From the NCBI GenBank assembly GCA_964016885.1, contig CAXHJY010000920.1, positions 1-38,217 of the forward strand: DNA of 38,217 bases, written 5' to 3'. Shown one piece after another: positions 33,043 to 38,217 of the stretch; positions within the stretch are counted from its first letter, which is position 1, and each line of letters begins with the position of its first letter. Both the position numbers and the translations under genes were made by a program. The notes below the pieces were generated by a model. That model did no database searches. It was not told where the DNA came from and saw only the letters and a program-made list of their open reading frames with translations. The stretch is from Eledone cirrhosa (Eukaryota).

Positions 33043-33055
33043 TATATATATATAG

Positions 33056-33131
<76 letters not shown>

Positions 33132-33319
33132 TATATATATATATATAGATATAGATATGTATATATAATATATATATAGATATGTATATACATATATATA
33201 TAGAGATATGTATATACATATATATATAGTATATATATATATATATATATAGATATGTATGTATGTATATATATATATAGATAGATATGTATATACATAT
33301 ATATATATATATAGATATG

Positions 33320-33353
<34 letters not shown>

Positions 33354-33530
33354 GATATGTATATACATATATATATATATAGATATGTATATACATATAT
33401 ATATAGATATGTATATACATATATATATATATATAGATATGTATATACATATATATATATATATATATAGATAATATACATATATATATACATATATATA
33501 AACATATATATATATTATATATACATATAA

Positions 33531-33567
<37 letters not shown>

Positions 33568-33574
33568 CATATAA

Positions 33575-33621
<47 letters not shown>

Positions 33622-33647
33622 CATATAAATATATATATATACACACG

Positions 33648-33689
<42 letters not shown>

Positions 33690-33705
33690 TATATATATAC
33701 ACACG

Positions 33706-33750
<45 letters not shown>

Positions 33751-33830
33751 ATATATATATATACACACGTATTTATATATATATATTATATATATATATA
33801 TATACATATAAATATATATATATACACACG

Positions 33831-33881
<51 letters not shown>

Positions 33882-33900
33882 ATATATATATATACACACG

Positions 33901-33959
<59 letters not shown>

Positions 33960-33976
33960 ATATATATATACACACG

Positions 33977-34016
<40 letters not shown>
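33043..34016. repeat. Mixed microsatellite: (GA)n at 33065-33129, then TA-derived minisatellites
   Basis: AGATATGTATATACAT units, then six copies of a unit containing ACACACGTATTT (~33640-33985). Confidence 0.95.
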
Positions 34017-34019
<3 letters not shown>

Positions 34020-34977
34020 TATAGTGTAGACTAAAATCTACCAAGAGTTTACGGTAGTGTCCAATCCGTATGAAGAACTCAATGTAATCCGGATATCATG
34101 GAAAGAAGAGATTCAATGAAAAATCACTTTCGGTGAAAGATAAACGGAATACAGAGTCAAGATAAAATATTTAAAAAATAATGAATAAAACAATGAAACA
34201 GTTCCTTATATTAAACAAAAAAAGTTCATTATTTAACGATCGTTTCTAGGATATATACTGTGTTAGAATTGGCATGCATATTCAACAGATCTATGTACAA
34301 AATTATACAAAATTATACAAACTATCAAAATTAAATATACATACCAACACATATATATGCCGTCTTCAGAAATAATGAAATATATTTATTGATAATAACA
34401 ACAATTCAAAATTACAGGTCTGTTTGGGAACAGAGTTCAAATTGACCAATGAAAACACAAAAAGTTTATACAGTTAGGCTGTGTGTATATATGTAAGTAA
34501 CTTCGTTCACAGATATGCATAAAAATATATGTTCACATGCATACGCATGCCGAAAAGATGTATGTAAATACAAAAATTCAGGGCTAATGTCTCTGTATGT
34601 TTATAATCTACAGATAAAATACGTATACGCATATAAACATATAAATATAAAAATAAATATATACACATTCATATACTCACACATATACATACATTCACAC
34701 ACACACGCGCGTATACGCATAAACATACACACAACCACGAACATACATACACACACACACCCCCACACACATATATGTGTATATACCATTATCATAAGCA
34801 TAATGGACATTAATGCGCGCACATAAACACTGCCACACATATTTAGATCCAGATACAGAAAGTAGGTGGGGGGGGGGGAAGAGGTCAGTATTCACTGGTG
34901 TCAGCAAAACTGCCTGTTTATAAATGTATCTATACAATTTAGAAATAAAAAGAAAAAGAAAAAAGAAAAATATTAAG

Positions 34978-35017
<40 letters not shown>

Positions 35018-35280
35018 CAAGTAAAATATAAAATATACATCGATATACATACATATACATATATATATATACATACACATATATATATACATACATATAC
35101 ATACACATATACATAAACACATACATACACATACATATACATACACACACCATGTAAATACACATATACATACACACACGCATACATATAGAGATACATA
35201 CATATACTCATATAAATACATAGACGTATACGTATATACACACATATATATATCTATATATATACACACATACATAATAT
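34017..35280 (-). mobile_element. ORF-less PLE 3' UTR/pseudo-LTR-like segment (family J)
   Basis: Minus-strand GT-rich UTR like that at 11968-12785, a hammerhead, and a 3' end ..CACTATATACTATA into (TA)n. Confidence 0.62.
34225..34379 (-). ncRNA. Type I hammerhead (family J) with a very long stem-loop II
   Basis: Minus: UUCAUUAUUU-CUGAAGA-C GGCAUAUAUAUGUGUUGG...CUAACACAGUAUAUAUCCU A-GAAA-CGAUCG-UU-AAAUAAUGAA; perfect 10-bp stem I and palindromic stem III. Confidence 0.85.
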
Positions 35281-35285
35281 ATATT

Positions 35286-37407
<2,122 letters not shown>

Positions 37408-37623
37408 ATAGTATTTACGTATCGAGAAAGAGAAAAAAAGGGGGAATAGGTGATACATATAGTTATTTGCCAAGTAGCGTATGCCAAAGGTGCTCGATAC
37501 TAGTGCCGGCAGTATTAAATATTCGAAGTGTTAATATTTAGTGGGCTAGAGAGTTAGCAGAGCGTAAGCACGTGGGAAAGTAAAAAATCGGAGAATAGAC
37601 CGTTAAAACATGTTTATTTAAAA

Positions 37624-37668
37624 TATCACCTACGTACGTTTCGCCCAGTTGGGCTTCTCAAGGGCATA
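37624..37668 (-). ncRNA. Type I minimal hammerhead, U3-A8 covariant (family K)
   Basis: Reverse complement of 35344-35388. Confidence 0.75.
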
Positions 37669-37959
37669 AATAATCACAAGTGTTCCTTATATTGCTCGGA
37701 AAGAGTTTTTGGGGTTAAATCCACATCAAGGTTCATTGCTCGCAAAAATATCTTGTTTTGATATTGCAGCAGGTCAAGGGAGGTAACTCTGGCCGGTGTT
37801 AGGGCAGTCTTTCCCGGACAAATTTTTTTTTTTTTTTTTTGCCGCATCTGTTTTTCTGAGGCTGGGTCTGGTATGCAAGGATTGTTTTCTGGGTGTTATT
37901 TTGCAGCGCCTGCCCGCCGGGGTGTTAAGACTTGATGCAGGGAGATCCAGTGTACTATT

Positions 37960-38217
37960 TCACTCTGCATCCTTAACCCATCTGAAGAAGGATATTTTTA
38001 AGCGATGTGTACAACTTATCGCTGTTTCAGCTCTGCTGTTGATGAGCTCGTGGGGTGCAGTTATGATGTGGTAGAGCTCCATGAGGCAAAGATCGCATTT
38101 CCTCTTGAAGTTGTACGGTGCAGCCCTGCCGACAATCTCCCAGTGTGTGGAGAAGCTGATGTTTAAGTCCTTTAGTGATGTGATGTAGTCCGCGAGCGAA
38201 GTGGAGTGCCTTAGTTT
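37960..38217 (-). CDS. C-terminus of PLE GIY-YIG endonuclease (partial; not in the ORF track)
   Basis: My translation: KLRHSTSLADYITSLKDLNISFSTHWEIVGRAAPYNFKRKCDLCLMELYHIITAPHELINSRAETAISCTHRLKISFFRWVKDAE*. Colinear with KLRNSTFLAAYV...CNLCLAE...SCPHR of the main element. Confidence 0.9.
   Translation of the reverse strand, partial: KLRHSTSLADYITSLKDLNISFSTHWEIVGRAAPYNFKRKCDLCLMELYHIITAPHELINSRAETAISCTHRLKISFFRWVKDAE

Larger units (their letters stand above)
37408..38217 (-). mobile_element. 3' part of PLE family K (continues beyond the window)
   Basis: Endonuclease C-terminus, ~230-bp UTR, pseudo-LTR with hammerhead, (TA)n junction. Confidence 0.9.

Noticed and set aside
37770-37962. In-frame TGA followed by ~60 further open codons on the minus strand (possible selenocysteine or read-through, as in some Naiad PLEs)
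   Set aside because: The TGA falls where the homologous main-element ORF also ends, the extension is unconserved and includes a poly-A run, and I see no SECIS.

Overview
Eukaryotic (probably aquatic invertebrate) repeat-sink region with no recognisable host gene. Roughly half of the window is kilobase-long, imperfect (TA)n microsatellite, so nearly all long Tyr/Ile-rich ORFs in the track are artefacts. The islands between the arrays are retroelement pieces. They include one near-complete Penelope-like element (PLE; 15558-20596) with RT, a C-terminal GIY-YIG endonuclease with a CxCx5C linker, and direct pseudo-LTRs carrying hammerhead ribozymes. Its ORF is broken only by two compensating homopolymer indels. 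There are coding remnants of at least three other PLE families of the same clade, a CR1/L2-group LINE, an RTE LINE, and many ORF-less pseudo-LTR-like fragments. By eye I can fold about 14 complete type I hammerhead motifs plus several partial ones, from about 10 unrelated sequence families, almost all with a palindromic stem III. Several families share the same non-canonical core changes (C4 with A10.1-G11.1; C10.1-A11.1 with a very long stem II; U3-A8). One family is a ~522-bp ORF-less tandem unit with covarying hammerhead stems that looks like a retrozyme/circular-RNA-type non-autonomous element. Fold-back palindromes recur at element 5' ends, often breaking inside the hammerhead. All folds and alignments were done by eye and need computational confirmation.
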